Shown here piece by piece: positions 15,800-25,213 of a DNA stretch of 64,000 nt. The notes below the pieces were generated by a model, which was not told where the DNA came from, did not search any database, and saw only the letters and a program-made list of their open reading frames with translations. The DNA is from a virus. Position 1 is the first letter of the stretch. Each line of letters begins with the position of its first letter. The stretch lies in IMG/VR virus record IMGVR_UViG_3300045988_150343; one strand, 5' to 3'. Both the position numbers and the translations under genes were made by a program.

Positions 15800-16051
15800 T
15801 TAATTCTCTGCTTTGATGAGCTTCCTTAATTGAGGTCCCTCATTTCCGAAAGCATTATTCTCATCTCCGAAAGTATCATTATATTTGATAACCTCATCAT
15901 TATATTTGATAACCTCATCTAGAATAGCTTGAAACTCTATTTGAGAAGTAATTTCTCGCCTTTCTATTACTTGACTTGGATCATCCTTCAGGCATATTAT
16001 ATAGGTACCTGAGTAGGGATTTGGGGTTTTAACTGTTTGAACGTTGGGCAT
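15800..16051 (-). CDS. hypothetical protein
   Basis: 83-aa ORF containing an internal exact duplication 'DEVIKYND'. Confidence 0.5.
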   Translation of the reverse strand: MPNVQTVKTPNPYSGTYIICLKDDPSQVIERREITSQIEFQAILDEVIKYNDEVIKYNDTFGDENNAFGNEGPQLRKLIKAEN

Positions 16052-16697
16052 TTTGAGCTCTTTTTAAGTTTTTAATTTCGTTGGTGTACCAGGTTCGAGT
16101 ATACCCAGGTATTTTCCCTCCGCCTTCAAATTGGTACCAAAGGAACCTTTTATCGGGTTTCTGCCCTGGCCTGGAACTCATGTAGAGTTTCTTTGGATAA
16201 ATATATGTTACCCCTTCAATAGTCTGGCTTGAAGTTATATAAGCCGGGCAATAAGAGTTACCCTTAAAATCTTTCGGGGTTTCATCTACATCCTTGAACT
16301 CTGAGAGAGGTACAAAGCCATAGAATAGGAATTGTTTAGCTATGCACTTTAACCTATGATTAGATACTTCATAACTAGAGGTTTCTCGGCATACTTCATT
16401 GAATTGGTTCCAAAGCTTTTCCCTATATTTTCTAGCAATTCTAAAGGCCTTATGAAGGGAGATTTGTTTTTTGTTTCGGGCATATAGGAATAATGCCAGA
16501 TCGGCAACTAACCATCGGAGAGGTCTAATTCGACCATCATGACCTATAGGTCCATATTCTGGGGTTTCCTTAAATTCTATCCAGAAGTCAGTTTGGCCTT
16601 TATCGGAAAGTCTATTATAGACTCTGTAAGATAGCCTTACGCAATTGATATCTCTTTTCCTTTCGATATCTAATATCAAGTCCTTCATTGTACCCAT
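16029..16697 (-). CDS. hypothetical protein
   Basis: 222-aa ORF with an ATG at 16697. Overlaps the upstream ORF by 83 nt. Confidence 0.55.
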   Translation of the reverse strand: MGTMKDLILDIERKRDINCVRLSYRVYNRLSDKGQTDFWIEFKETPEYGPIGHDGRIRPLRWLVADLALFLYARNKKQISLHKAFRIARKYREKLWNQFNEVCRETSSYEVSNHRLKCIAKQFLFYGFVPLSEFKDVDETPKDFKGNSYCPAYITSSQTIEGVTYIYPKKLYMSSRPGQKPDKRFLWYQFEGGGKIPGYTRTWYTNEIKNLKRAQNAQRSNS

Positions 16698-17130
16698 AGA
16701 GAGCTAGAGCATAAAAGTTATTAAAATTCTTTCTTCCCAATCGAATAGCTCGATACATTCTAGTACGGTAATATCTTCTCCGATGTTTATCCACCAAATA
16801 CTCAGGGGGAGTAATAAATCGGGGTGTAATCTTAGGATGGCCCTTGAAAAAGATGTGTCTACCCCACTTCTTTTGAAAATGAGTTATACCCATTTTAATA
16901 AGGTTTTTACCCTTAATAATATGGATATAACTCAAGACATCAACTCCAAAGTAAATGGATAAAGTTCGCTTAGCATGAAATCGAGTAAAATAGGGAGTAG
17001 AACAGAAGTGCTTCTTGTATAAGAACTTCTTCTTTTCGGGAGAATACTTCCAATATTCCTTAGGCCTCCATGTCCAAACATAATAATAGTTCGGATTTAC
17101 TATGCCGTATGTCTCCCGAATCCTTGTCAT
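16615..17130 (-). CDS. hypothetical basic protein
   Basis: 171-aa ORF, rich in Arg, Lys and Tyr. Confidence 0.55.
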   Translation of the reverse strand: MTRIRETYGIVNPNYYYVWTWRPKEYWKYSPEKKKFLYKKHFCSTPYFTRFHAKRTLSIYFGVDVLSYIHIIKGKNLIKMGITHFQKKWGRHIFFKGHPKITPRFITPPEYLVDKHRRRYYRTRMYRAIRLGRKNFNNFYALALYGYNEGLDIRYRKEKRYQLRKAILQSL

Positions 17131-17453
17131 TCTGCAGCTTCCTCCTCTTTTTTAGGGTTGGTGTCGGAAGCTTTTGTTTCTCTAGCCTTAAAAGGAGCTA
17201 AGGAGTTAAGATTTACTCCCACCAGCATAAGAGTTTCTCTGGCTGCCTGGAAAATTCCGGCATTAAATCCGCAGCTGAAAGCTTCGAATAGTTCATCACT
17301 CTTCTCTTTAGGAACTTCGGCTATTCCCTGAGGAAACTTTACCTGAAGGAACTTGTCGAATGATGCAACATGGAGCTTGAGCAGATAACTTTTGGCTGCC
17401 TCTTCAAGGCTGATCCCCTGATTAGGGGTTGGGTTGGTTTTTTCTGTACTCAT
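17127..17453 (-). CDS. hypothetical protein
   Basis: 108-aa ORF with a 4-nt overlap with the next gene. Confidence 0.6.
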   Translation of the reverse strand: MSTEKTNPTPNQGISLEEAAKSYLLKLHVASFDKFLQVKFPQGIAEVPKEKSDELFEAFSCGFNAGIFQAARETLMLVGVNLNSLAPFKARETKASDTNPKKEEEAAE

Positions 17454-17462
17454 TTTTTTTAA

Positions 17463-18044
17463 TTATTTAGATGTTTGTTGTGCCTGGCGTATTTTGCGTT
17501 TAGCAGCTGTATGCCAGAGTTTAATAGATTTCTCGTTAGCATCGGGGAACTTCTTGAGGACTCTTCTCTTAATACGTTCTATATCGTAACCCTTTGAAGT
17601 AAGTTCAAAGACATAAGATTTTTTGGTGCCTTTTATAAGGTTATGTTCATCCCTTTCCCGAGGAGCTTTCTTTGTCCGAGGTTTGGGAATTCCTCTAACC
17701 CTTTTTCTTCGAGGCTCTCCCGTTTCTGGATCTTCTCCAAGATAACCCAATCGAAGTCGGTTACTTCTTAATGGGTCCTTTTCACTGTAACCCAGTGAAG
17801 CAAGGTGTTCATCCATCCAGTCGTCATATTTATCTAGTAAAGTTGGGTCTGGAGCTTGGTTTGCCCGGTTAATGTAGAATTGGAGTCTTCCCCAATCAGA
17901 GTTTACCACATCTACAAAGGGCATACCCAGAACGACTGCCATTCTTTGAGCATCTTTGAAAGTGTGAGCAGAACCCATTCGTCCAAGAAGCTTAGCCTTT
18001 CCAGGGTGCATATTCTGGAGCTTGGATTGTTTTTTCTTTGCCAT
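17463..18044 (-). CDS. hypothetical basic protein
   Basis: 193-aa ORF, first gene behind the promoter at 18079-18135. Confidence 0.65.
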   Translation of the reverse strand: MAKKKQSKLQNMHPGKAKLLGRMGSAHTFKDAQRMAVVLGMPFVDVVNSDWGRLQFYINRANQAPDPTLLDKYDDWMDEHLASLGYSEKDPLRSNRLRLGYLGEDPETGEPRRKRVRGIPKPRTKKAPRERDEHNLIKGTKKSYVFELTSKGYDIERIKRRVLKKFPDANEKSIKLWHTAAKRKIRQAQQTSK

Positions 18045-18078
18045 ATTTAAAATATTATTGAGTTAAATTTTTACTTTG

Positions 18079-18135
18079 CAAATTTAGATATAATTTTTGA
18101 ATTGACAAAATTATTTTTCACAATTCAAGAGCTGG
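18079..18135 (-). promoter_or_regulatory. Bacteroidota-type early promoter; the last one in the minus-strand direction of transcription
   Basis: Minus strand reads GACCAGCTC..TTTG(18106-18109)-19 nt-TAAATTTG(18079-18086). The CCAGCTC element (18129-18135) lies inside the last codons of gene 18111..19097. Confidence 0.7.
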
Positions 18136-19097
18136 TCTGGAGCTCGTTCTACACCAGTAGAGGGAGTTTTCTTCTTTTTAGGTTTAGGCCTATGCTCCAT
18201 ATAGGCATTATCAAGAGACTTTACACTGAAGTCAATATTGTTCACCTCATTGTAGTTAACAGCCCTCTTAATAATATCAATGAAAGTAGGCCAAAAACCT
18301 TGACCTAATCGGACATTTGCTGTTTTAGCCCTATATTTAGTGACCATAAAACCAAAATCCTCGGCATCTTGTTTTGTTGAAAATACATAGAGATAGAATC
18401 TACTCATTTCGTCTATGATTTCTCTTTCTTGACGAATCGGTAATAGTGAAAAACCCTTTTCTGGGTATAACAATTCAGATACCAGACATACCCAATATTT
18501 GGGTTTTGAGGGTTTTACCTTATAGTAAAATCTTTCTCGGATTTTCTCTATGAACCAAGGTTTGTTTCTGTCAAGGGTATACTTAATGTATATCTTGTAC
18601 TTCTTATTTACTCTACGTTTGAAAGCTGAGGGTTGTTGTATCAGTCTTGGGAGGATACGATAATTATTCCATCGGTCAAACTCCATAATTAAATTCCAAG
18701 TGTCCTTATCCCAGGAGTCTCCAGACTCTTTAAGTCTTTTCATATTCCGGATGAGGTTCTCTTGGGTCACAGAATTTACTAAAAGAGAGGATTCTCCTAC
18801 AAAGGCAGATGCTTCAGACCGTTTCATCCTCTTCTCAAGGCAAGCATACATAAAATCCCGGAAGGTTTCTTCTACTGCTCCATTAGGCCTAAATAGGTCT
18901 GAATGAGTTTCATAGAACTCGGTGAACATTTTGAAGAACTTCTGGGATCTGTCTTTAATCTCTAAGTATTTATAATGAGATATACCCATCATCTCTCCGG
19001 CTTCCCAAGAGGATTTCCCTTGGGAAAGTTGAAGGAACAGAGAGTTCTGTTCCTTCTGAGTTAAGCAATTCCACGCTTTTTCTTGAGCTTCTGTCAT
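18111..19097 (-). CDS. putative transcription regulator with an N-terminal sigma-70 region-4/LuxR-like HTH
   Basis: 328 aa. 'LTQKEQNSLFLQLSQGKSSWEAGEMMGISHYKYLEIKDRSQKF' follows the pattern 'L(T/S)..E..v..l...g.s..EIA..lgis..tv......' . Confidence 0.45.
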   Translation of the reverse strand: MTEAQEKAWNCLTQKEQNSLFLQLSQGKSSWEAGEMMGISHYKYLEIKDRSQKFFKMFTEFYETHSDLFRPNGAVEETFRDFMYACLEKRMKRSEASAFVGESSLLVNSVTQENLIRNMKRLKESGDSWDKDTWNLIMEFDRWNNYRILPRLIQQPSAFKRRVNKKYKIYIKYTLDRNKPWFIEKIRERFYYKVKPSKPKYWVCLVSELLYPEKGFSLLPIRQEREIIDEMSRFYLYVFSTKQDAEDFGFMVTKYRAKTANVRLGQGFWPTFIDIIKRAVNYNEVNNIDFSVKSLDNAYMEHRPKPKKKKTPSTGVERAPDQLLNCEK

Positions 19098-19798
19098 AAT
19101 CGTCTGGTATTATAGGATTCTTCTACTGACTCTGATGTAACTCGATTGGGGTCAACCTCTAAAGGGTTGACAAATAAAGCTTCTGGGTCAAAGTTATGAT
19201 AGACACTGTAGAGCACATTATCTAAGGGCAAGGTTACTTCCATTGTACCCATTAAAGGGTATAAGGTAAGAGTTACTATCCTGTCCCTCTTATTTATTTT
19301 CTTAATGATGGCATCTACTCCCTCATAGGGGTAAGTATTCAGGGTTACGTAGTCTCCCACTTTAAGTTTAGCAATATCTTCAAGAGAATATTTCCGATTA
19401 GCTCTAGCAATCTTCCTAAATCTCCTGACTTCCGACTTTGGACAAGTTGCTACTATTGAAAAATCGTCAAAATCCTCGGCATTGTCTATCCTTCTCTTCT
19501 TCTTTCGGGGAAACATAGTTTGGGTAGATTTAAGGAAAGTCCTTATACCTGATATATTTCTCCTGAGTTTAACTAAGAAATTCCTGGAATAGGCTAACTC
19601 AACGGGCATTCTCATAAAGCCATAGTTAAACAGTACTGGTACCTCCTCATAGTAGGTTTTTCCCTTAATGGCTTTTTTGAGTATTCTAACTTCCGGAACT
19701 ATAGCCCTGATTTTATTATAACCCTTAGCCTTAAGTTCTTCGTTTATTTTATGATAGAACTTTCTCTCTATGTAAAAGATACAGTATACGTATTTCAT
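19094..19798 (-). CDS. NusG/UpxY-like transcription antitermination factor
   Basis: 234 aa. NGN-like N-terminus 'YCIFYIERKFYHKINEELKAKGYNKIRAIVPEVRILKKAIKGKTYYEEVPVLFNYGFMRM' and a KOW-like C-terminus 'KVGDYVTLNTYPYEGVDAIIKKINKRDRIVTLTL'. Confidence 0.55.
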   Translation of the reverse strand: MKYVYCIFYIERKFYHKINEELKAKGYNKIRAIVPEVRILKKAIKGKTYYEEVPVLFNYGFMRMPVELAYSRNFLVKLRRNISGIRTFLKSTQTMFPRKKKRRIDNAEDFDDFSIVATCPKSEVRRFRKIARANRKYSLEDIAKLKVGDYVTLNTYPYEGVDAIIKKINKRDRIVTLTLYPLMGTMEVTLPLDNVLYSVYHNFDPEALFVNPLEVDPNRVTSESVEESYNTRRL

Positions 19799-20313
19799 GG
19801 CTTCAAAGATAGTTTAGCTTGTTTATGTACTTGTTTATAATCCACCTGTTCTAGAACTTCTGAGGCCATGAAGATATATAAGCGATATCCCTTGCAGAGT
19901 ATACCCATTTGTGTGGGGCAATCCAGAAAGCAGTCCACTAATCGGTCGTCTACCACAAAAAAGAACTCCTCAGCGGGCAAGGAGTTATACCTCATACAAA
20001 GGATGGGTATTTTTTTACTTCTCTGGCCATCTTCTCTTGCTTGGTTCCAGAACCGAAGAATATCACATTTCTTACGTTGAGCACTGAGTAATAAGTGTTC
20101 AAACCGTATATCCTTATAGCTTTTACACTCTACGGATATCTTGCATCGATGAGCATGTCTCTCGTCAACACAGGTAATGTCAGAGGCAGCATCTCTATTA
20201 GAATGCCAAGCCCCCGACATTGGAACTCGATTGAAGGTATAACCAGTCCATTTTGTGAACCATTTTGACACCTTCAACTCGAATCTACTGCCTTTTCGTT
20301 TACTGTTTGCCAT
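19795..20313 (-). CDS. PD-(D/E)xK nuclease, Holliday-junction-resolvase-like
   Basis: 172 aa. 'KRKGSRFELKVSKWF', followed by 'SDITCV' and 'SVECKSYK', resembles the archaeal-Hjc-type pattern KG..fEr......G....R...SG...DI......iEcK. Confidence 0.5.
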   Translation of the reverse strand: MANSKRKGSRFELKVSKWFTKWTGYTFNRVPMSGAWHSNRDAASDITCVDERHAHRCKISVECKSYKDIRFEHLLLSAQRKKCDILRFWNQAREDGQRSKKIPILCMRYNSLPAEEFFFVVDDRLVDCFLDCPTQMGILCKGYRLYIFMASEVLEQVDYKQVHKQAKLSLKP

Positions 20314-20334
20314 TGTTGGTTATTGGTGTTGTAT

Positions 20335-22041
20335 TTATAAATGGCTATAGTGGGTTTGGCCATTATTTTTGCTGACTTCTAGAGTCTTACAATTACCAAA
20401 AGGCAAGTTTTCAATATGGGAAATTAAAAATACCGTTTTACCTTCACTTAATGTTCTGATGAGTGAGATTACGAGTTCAATATTATCCCGGTCCAGGTTC
20501 TCAAATACCTCGTCCAGGAGTAGGAGATTTACATCCTTACTAAGAGTTAAAGTCTCATGTAAAGCTAAGCACATAGTTAAGTTAACCAAGCCCTTTTCAC
20601 CTCCTGATAATTCATCATAATCACTAATAGCTCCGTCTTTCTCTATGAGAGTAACAAAATCTTTTCGAGCAGAATCCAGGTCTACTTCAAAGCTAATCCT
20701 GAAACCAAGTACCTCGGCATACCTTTCAAGGTTATCATTTAAGGCTTGTAGGGATGAATCGAATAAGAAAGCTTTTATACCATTATTAGATAAAGGGTCG
20801 CTTAATACCCAACTATAATCATCCAGCTTCTCTTCTAGAGAACTTTTAATACTTTTCAGAGAAGATAGTTTAGATTTAATCTTAGCTATCTTCTTAAGAT
20901 ACTTAGGAGAAGTCTCTTTAACCTTTGAAGACTTTAGTTCCTCGATTAAATCTTTGAAATATTTAATCCGGTTTCGAATATCTTCTACCTCATCCTCAAG
21001 TTTTTCCTGTTCACGGTATTTAGCTCGTACCTCCTCTAAAGCTTCCCGAGTTTTTTCGAGTTGTCCCTGAAGAGAGATTACTTGTTGGAAAGCCGTATGA
21101 ACCTTCTTAAGGGTTTTTAGGGCTTTATTTACCTCCCTGGACTCTAATAGCTTGATGGTACTTTCTACTACCTCAATTAGGGGTATGTCATAGAGTTGTT
21201 CGGCCTCTTGGATGGAATCCTGTAGGTCTTGGATGTCTTTTTTAAGCTTTTGGTAGGTTTCACCATAATCCTCCTGACTAACTTTGGCCTTTAAAGCTTT
21301 TAGCTCATTCTGTAGTTTTTTAAAGCTTTGCTTATGTTTTTGAATATTCTTAAGGTTAACTTCGTTGAAGGTGTCCTCTTTCTCTTTAAGCTCTTTGTAG
21401 GTCTTTTGGAGTATAGTTATCTCCTTCTCGAAGGAAGAGGTTTGATGCTCTACTTCTCGGTACTCTTCATAGAGGGCATTTCTCTCTTCTTGGGCAATGC
21501 TCCGAGCTGTGGTAAGATACTCTAGATTAAAAATCTCCTCAAATATCTTCTTCTTATCCGAGTTATCTTCTTGTATTAGTCTCTTCATACCTTGACCAAA
21601 CATGATAGAAGAAACGAATAGTTCGTAAGAAAATCCAAGAGCTTTATTTATAGCCTGTTGGATATTTACCTTACCTTTGACTTTTAGGGGTTCACCATCC
21701 TTAACTAGAATAACCCTATCTCCACCCTTACTACCATCGTCCAGTTTACCTGTATACTTTTGACACCGAGTTACTCGAAATATACTCTTATCTGATACCC
21801 AAGTCACAATTACCTTAGTACCCTTATAATCGGCAGGCTGGTATTTTTTCCAAGTAGTGGCCGAGACTTTCCCTTTTGGGTTCTTGCCATATAGTCCCCA
21901 AGTTATAGCCGAGAAAAGAGTAGATTTCCCAAAGCCATTTGGGGCTTTAATTAAAATGGTACCTCCTAAATCTAAGTTTAAGGTTTGAGGCTCTACTATT
22001 GAGCAAAAACCTTCCATGTGTACATTCAATATCTTTAGCAT
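20335..22041 (-). CDS. SbcC/Rad50-like recombination ATPase (T4 gp46 analog)
   Basis: 568 aa. Walker A 'KAPNGFGKST', a long central coiled-coil, the ABC signature 'LSGGEKG' and Walker B 'LLLLDEVFENLD'. Adjacent to an Mre11-like nuclease. Confidence 0.9.
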   Translation of the reverse strand: MLKILNVHMEGFCSIVEPQTLNLDLGGTILIKAPNGFGKSTLFSAITWGLYGKNPKGKVSATTWKKYQPADYKGTKVIVTWVSDKSIFRVTRCQKYTGKLDDGSKGGDRVILVKDGEPLKVKGKVNIQQAINKALGFSYELFVSSIMFGQGMKRLIQEDNSDKKKIFEEIFNLEYLTTARSIAQEERNALYEEYREVEHQTSSFEKEITILQKTYKELKEKEDTFNEVNLKNIQKHKQSFKKLQNELKALKAKVSQEDYGETYQKLKKDIQDLQDSIQEAEQLYDIPLIEVVESTIKLLESREVNKALKTLKKVHTAFQQVISLQGQLEKTREALEEVRAKYREQEKLEDEVEDIRNRIKYFKDLIEELKSSKVKETSPKYLKKIAKIKSKLSSLKSIKSSLEEKLDDYSWVLSDPLSNNGIKAFLFDSSLQALNDNLERYAEVLGFRISFEVDLDSARKDFVTLIEKDGAISDYDELSGGEKGLVNLTMCLALHETLTLSKDVNLLLLDEVFENLDRDNIELVISLIRTLSEGKTVFLISHIENLPFGNCKTLEVSKNNGQTHYSHL

Positions 22042-23039
22042 GACTCTGTCTTGATTAGAATATCAGTTAATAACTTCTGTTTGTTCTTATCTTTTATGCC
22101 TTTAGCCTTCATATATTTTCTAGCTAGCGCTTTCTTAGATAACCGCTTAGTAATTTTATGGGTGGTTACTTCCTCTTTTCTGGGTTTAGGAGGTATTACA
22201 GTATAATAATTACCATCGTCTTTGATTTCCTCCTCGGATTCTACATCTATAAACTTAGGAAAGCCTTTTAATTCTTTAAAAGCCATGGTAAGGTTTCCGG
22301 AGGGTTCAGAATATAGTTCCCAATACCCAAGCTTACAGTGCATATCGGTTCTACGCTGTTGGATTGGACACCCAACCATATAAACCTTTTTAGATAGTTT
22401 CTGGGGTTTATGAATATGGCCGCAGAGAATTAAGTCAAACTTGTTCAGGAGATTGGGGTTGATAGCATTAGTGGCCTCTACTTCTCTACCATCAGTATCC
22501 TTAGCACCGGGGTATGTAGTATGAAGCATAAGTATGTGTTTATACTTACTACCTTTACCTATATGATGATTGTCAATCAACTGAGTTAGGTATTCATTTA
22601 TACCCGCATTGTCATCAATGTATGGTATCCCATGAACTTTTATGAGAGTAAGGTCTCCCAGTTTTTCTGATTTGAAATTCAAATCCTTCATCCACCTCTT
22701 TCTAAGTAAAGTAGCCAAGCTCTTTTGGGGTTTATCTACGGTATTCCGGTGTTTTAGAGAATGGTTACCGTCTATATACCACATCTCCCACCTATAGGGT
22801 TCAGAATTAGGATTTCCTGGCTCGAACTCTTGCCACATCTCCAATAGGTCTGTATCTATGGACTCTGACTTATGGAATAAGTCTCCACAAAATAATGCCG
22901 GAACTTTTGGGTACTTATTTGCCAAAAAAGAAAGGACCCGAAAAGATTCTCGGGTCCTTTTCATATTTTGGTTAAACTTTGTCCAAAGGTTGAGATGTAA
23001 GTCCGAGAATACTATAGCTAGTAGTTCTCTTTTTTTCAT
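22035..23039 (-). CDS. SbcD/Mre11-like nuclease (T4 gp47 analog)
   Basis: 334 aa. Calcineurin-like phosphoesterase motifs 'FSDLHL', 'CGDLFH', 'DGNHS' and 'CGHIH'. Confidence 0.85.
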   Translation of the reverse strand: MKKRELLAIVFSDLHLNLWTKFNQNMKRTRESFRVLSFLANKYPKVPALFCGDLFHKSESIDTDLLEMWQEFEPGNPNSEPYRWEMWYIDGNHSLKHRNTVDKPQKSLATLLRKRWMKDLNFKSEKLGDLTLIKVHGIPYIDDNAGINEYLTQLIDNHHIGKGSKYKHILMLHTTYPGAKDTDGREVEATNAINPNLLNKFDLILCGHIHKPQKLSKKVYMVGCPIQQRRTDMHCKLGYWELYSEPSGNLTMAFKELKGFPKFIDVESEEEIKDDGNYYTVIPPKPRKEEVTTHKITKRLSKKALARKYMKAKGIKDKNKQKLLTDILIKTESC

Positions 23040-23758
23040 CGTTTATTTAGGATATAAGTTAACAATTCTTGTCTGTTCTCCAGATTAACCTCATTAAGGA
23101 TAAATACTCGGGTAGACCCATAAGGAGTAATCAAATCTCCATAAGTTACACCATAGTCATAGGCTCGATTAATAAAGAAACCTTTACCTATAGCATTGAT
23201 TTTACCCTTTTTTCTGAATCCCCATATCTCGAGTATCATGGACATGATAGTTGATATTTCCATCTGGAAGTACCTTGATGTGATACGTTTACCATTATCC
23301 TCGGTTATCCAACCATTATACATCGGCATATTGAATGGTACCAAGATAAGGTGAGAACAAGTCTGTGTCAAGCACATCAGACACATATTGAGGAAGTGTT
23401 CTACTTCACATTGGGGAAGTTTATCGGCCTGCTTATAAAGGAAGTAAGCAGCAGAGTCCAGAAAACTTCTGTCAGAAACAAAATTACCTGACTCCTCTAT
23501 AGTTTTACGGAATAGCTTTTGTCTGAGATTGAGAATCTGGAAGTCCTCTAAAAATAAAACCTTTGAGTCCCTTGCAAGCATTTCCTTATGAGGAATACTT
23601 GCTGTATCGGGTAGTAAATCAGATACTGAACCAGAGATAAACTTTAGAGGGTTATCCACAGTTCCAATATTCGAACTTACAAAGTTTGCTAAGGTGGTTT
23701 TTCCTGTACCACTGGGACCGGCAAACATGATACGTAAATCTTTGGGGGAATTTTTCAT
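23036..23758 (-). CDS. P-loop NTPase, possible deoxynucleoside-monophosphate kinase
   Basis: 240 aa. Walker A 'AGPSGTGKTT' near the N-terminus. The size and context resemble T4 gp1, but substrate specificity cannot be read from the sequence. Confidence 0.45.
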   Translation of the reverse strand: MKNSPKDLRIMFAGPSGTGKTTLANFVSSNIGTVDNPLKFISGSVSDLLPDTASIPHKEMLARDSKVLFLEDFQILNLRQKLFRKTIEESGNFVSDRSFLDSAAYFLYKQADKLPQCEVEHFLNMCLMCLTQTCSHLILVPFNMPMYNGWITEDNGKRITSRYFQMEISTIMSMILEIWGFRKKGKINAIGKGFFINRAYDYGVTYGDLITPYGSTRVFILNEVNLENRQELLTYILNKR

Positions 23759-23760
23759 AC

Positions 23761-24324
23761 TTATTCTATTGTTATGAGTTGTTCAGCAAAAGGGAGAGTC
23801 TTTATCCAATCGCAGAATTGATGCCAAATCGGTAAACGGTGATTTCTACGTTGGAAATAGATTCTTCTTAATGTTTGATATGAAATAGTATCTACGGTTC
23901 TCTGTTGGTGACCAGTCTTTATCTCATCTTTTGCTGCCATTAGTTCTTCTCCTGATAAACCCTTACAATCTATGTGCATAGTGCTTTCAGATGAGAGCCT
24001 GTCCCTACCTATACCATAGGTTTCAAGTTCCCGATAGAACCAGATAGGAGCTTTAATGATTACTCCTACTCGTATACCCCGAATACATTTGGCATGTTCA
24101 TCTCCGGCTTTTATCAGACGGGTCATAAGCTGCATCTCCTTCGGAGATATCTTTACGAAGTATTTTTCTTGTATTATTGCGTTATTACCCTCTCCAGTAA
24201 TGGGCATAAACTGAACAAGTACTTCTGGCGTATAATTTGGGTCCTTACCCATAGGGAGGTGAAGTGCCGTGATAGCACTTGCAAAACCTCCCACTTCGAT
24301 AGTCTTAATCGATAATCTTTCCAT
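23761..24324 (-). CDS. hypothetical protein (weak ThyX-like motif)
   Basis: 187 aa. 'GRDRLSSESTMH' loosely resembles the ThyX motif RHR..S....S.RY but is degenerate. The function call is very tentative. Confidence 0.5.
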   Translation of the reverse strand: MERLSIKTIEVGGFASAITALHLPMGKDPNYTPEVLVQFMPITGEGNNAIIQEKYFVKISPKEMQLMTRLIKAGDEHAKCIRGIRVGVIIKAPIWFYRELETYGIGRDRLSSESTMHIDCKGLSGEELMAAKDEIKTGHQQRTVDTISYQTLRRIYFQRRNHRLPIWHQFCDWIKTLPFAEQLITIE

Positions 24325-25213
24325 TAGTAATTTGTTTAAAAGGTTCGAGGAACAAAGAAGTCCTCATAGAATTTAATGAGTATTTTACACAGATTTCGTT
24401 GTATTTAGTATAATTGGGGTCTTTTCTAGAATAAACTATTGGAAGTTCAGTAGAATTCAGAGGGAATTTTTCAATAAAGAACTTCAAATCGATTAGGAGT
24501 CTATTCCTTTCGAAAATATCTTTAGCCTCCTGTTCGTCCTTCCAAAAGTTAATACCAAAGGAGTCCTCTATAGAGTCAAACCTATCTAAGAACTGCCTTG
24601 CCTTTACTGGACCAATACCTTTGAAGCCTGGGATGTCATCCGAACTATCTCCCACTAAGGAAAGGTAATCTGCCGTTTCTTCAGGCTCATACCCAAATAA
24701 CTCTTTACAGTTATGGATGTTTACCCTTTCATCTTTACCGGGATTAAATACCTGGACATCTTTATTAATAAGCTGATTAAAATCCTTATCTGAGGAAACT
24801 ATCAGTACTTTACCAGGAGCATTAAAGGTTAACCAGGCCAAGAAGTCATCCCCCTCATATAGGGTAGATTTACTCTTATCGAATATATAGGGTATTCTCA
24901 AGTACCCCAATAACTTATGGATGGTTCTCTTCTGTTTCTGAAGAGCCTTGTAGTCTAAGGAAATATTTTTCCTATGTCCCTTGTAATTAGGTAATACTTT
25001 CACCCTTTCAGGGGAATGCCCATTATCAAAGGTAATAATAATCCGATCTGGTCGAAACCGGGTTACCATATAATGGAGGGACTTAAAGAACCCGAAGATG
25101 GCTCCAGTAGGTTTACCCTCATGAGTCCTTAGATTGGCAAATTTATGAAAGCTTCTATGGAGAAGGTTTTCTCCATCTACTAGCATTAGAAGTTCTTTAG
25201 GGGTTTTACTCAT
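24305..25213 (-). CDS. 5'-3' exonuclease / flap endonuclease (PolI 5'-nuclease, T4 RNase H family)
   Basis: 302 aa. 'LMLVDGENLLHRSFH', 'PTGAIFGF', 'VSSDKDFNQL' and the H3TH motif 'LVGDSSDDIPGFKGIGPVKARQFL'. Confidence 0.9.
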   Translation of the reverse strand: MSKTPKELLMLVDGENLLHRSFHKFANLRTHEGKPTGAIFGFFKSLHYMVTRFRPDRIIITFDNGHSPERVKVLPNYKGHRKNISLDYKALQKQKRTIHKLLGYLRIPYIFDKSKSTLYEGDDFLAWLTFNAPGKVLIVSSDKDFNQLINKDVQVFNPGKDERVNIHNCKELFGYEPEETADYLSLVGDSSDDIPGFKGIGPVKARQFLDRFDSIEDSFGINFWKDEQEAKDIFERNRLLIDLKFFIEKFPLNSTELPIVYSRKDPNYTKYNEICVKYSLNSMRTSLFLEPFKQITNGKIID

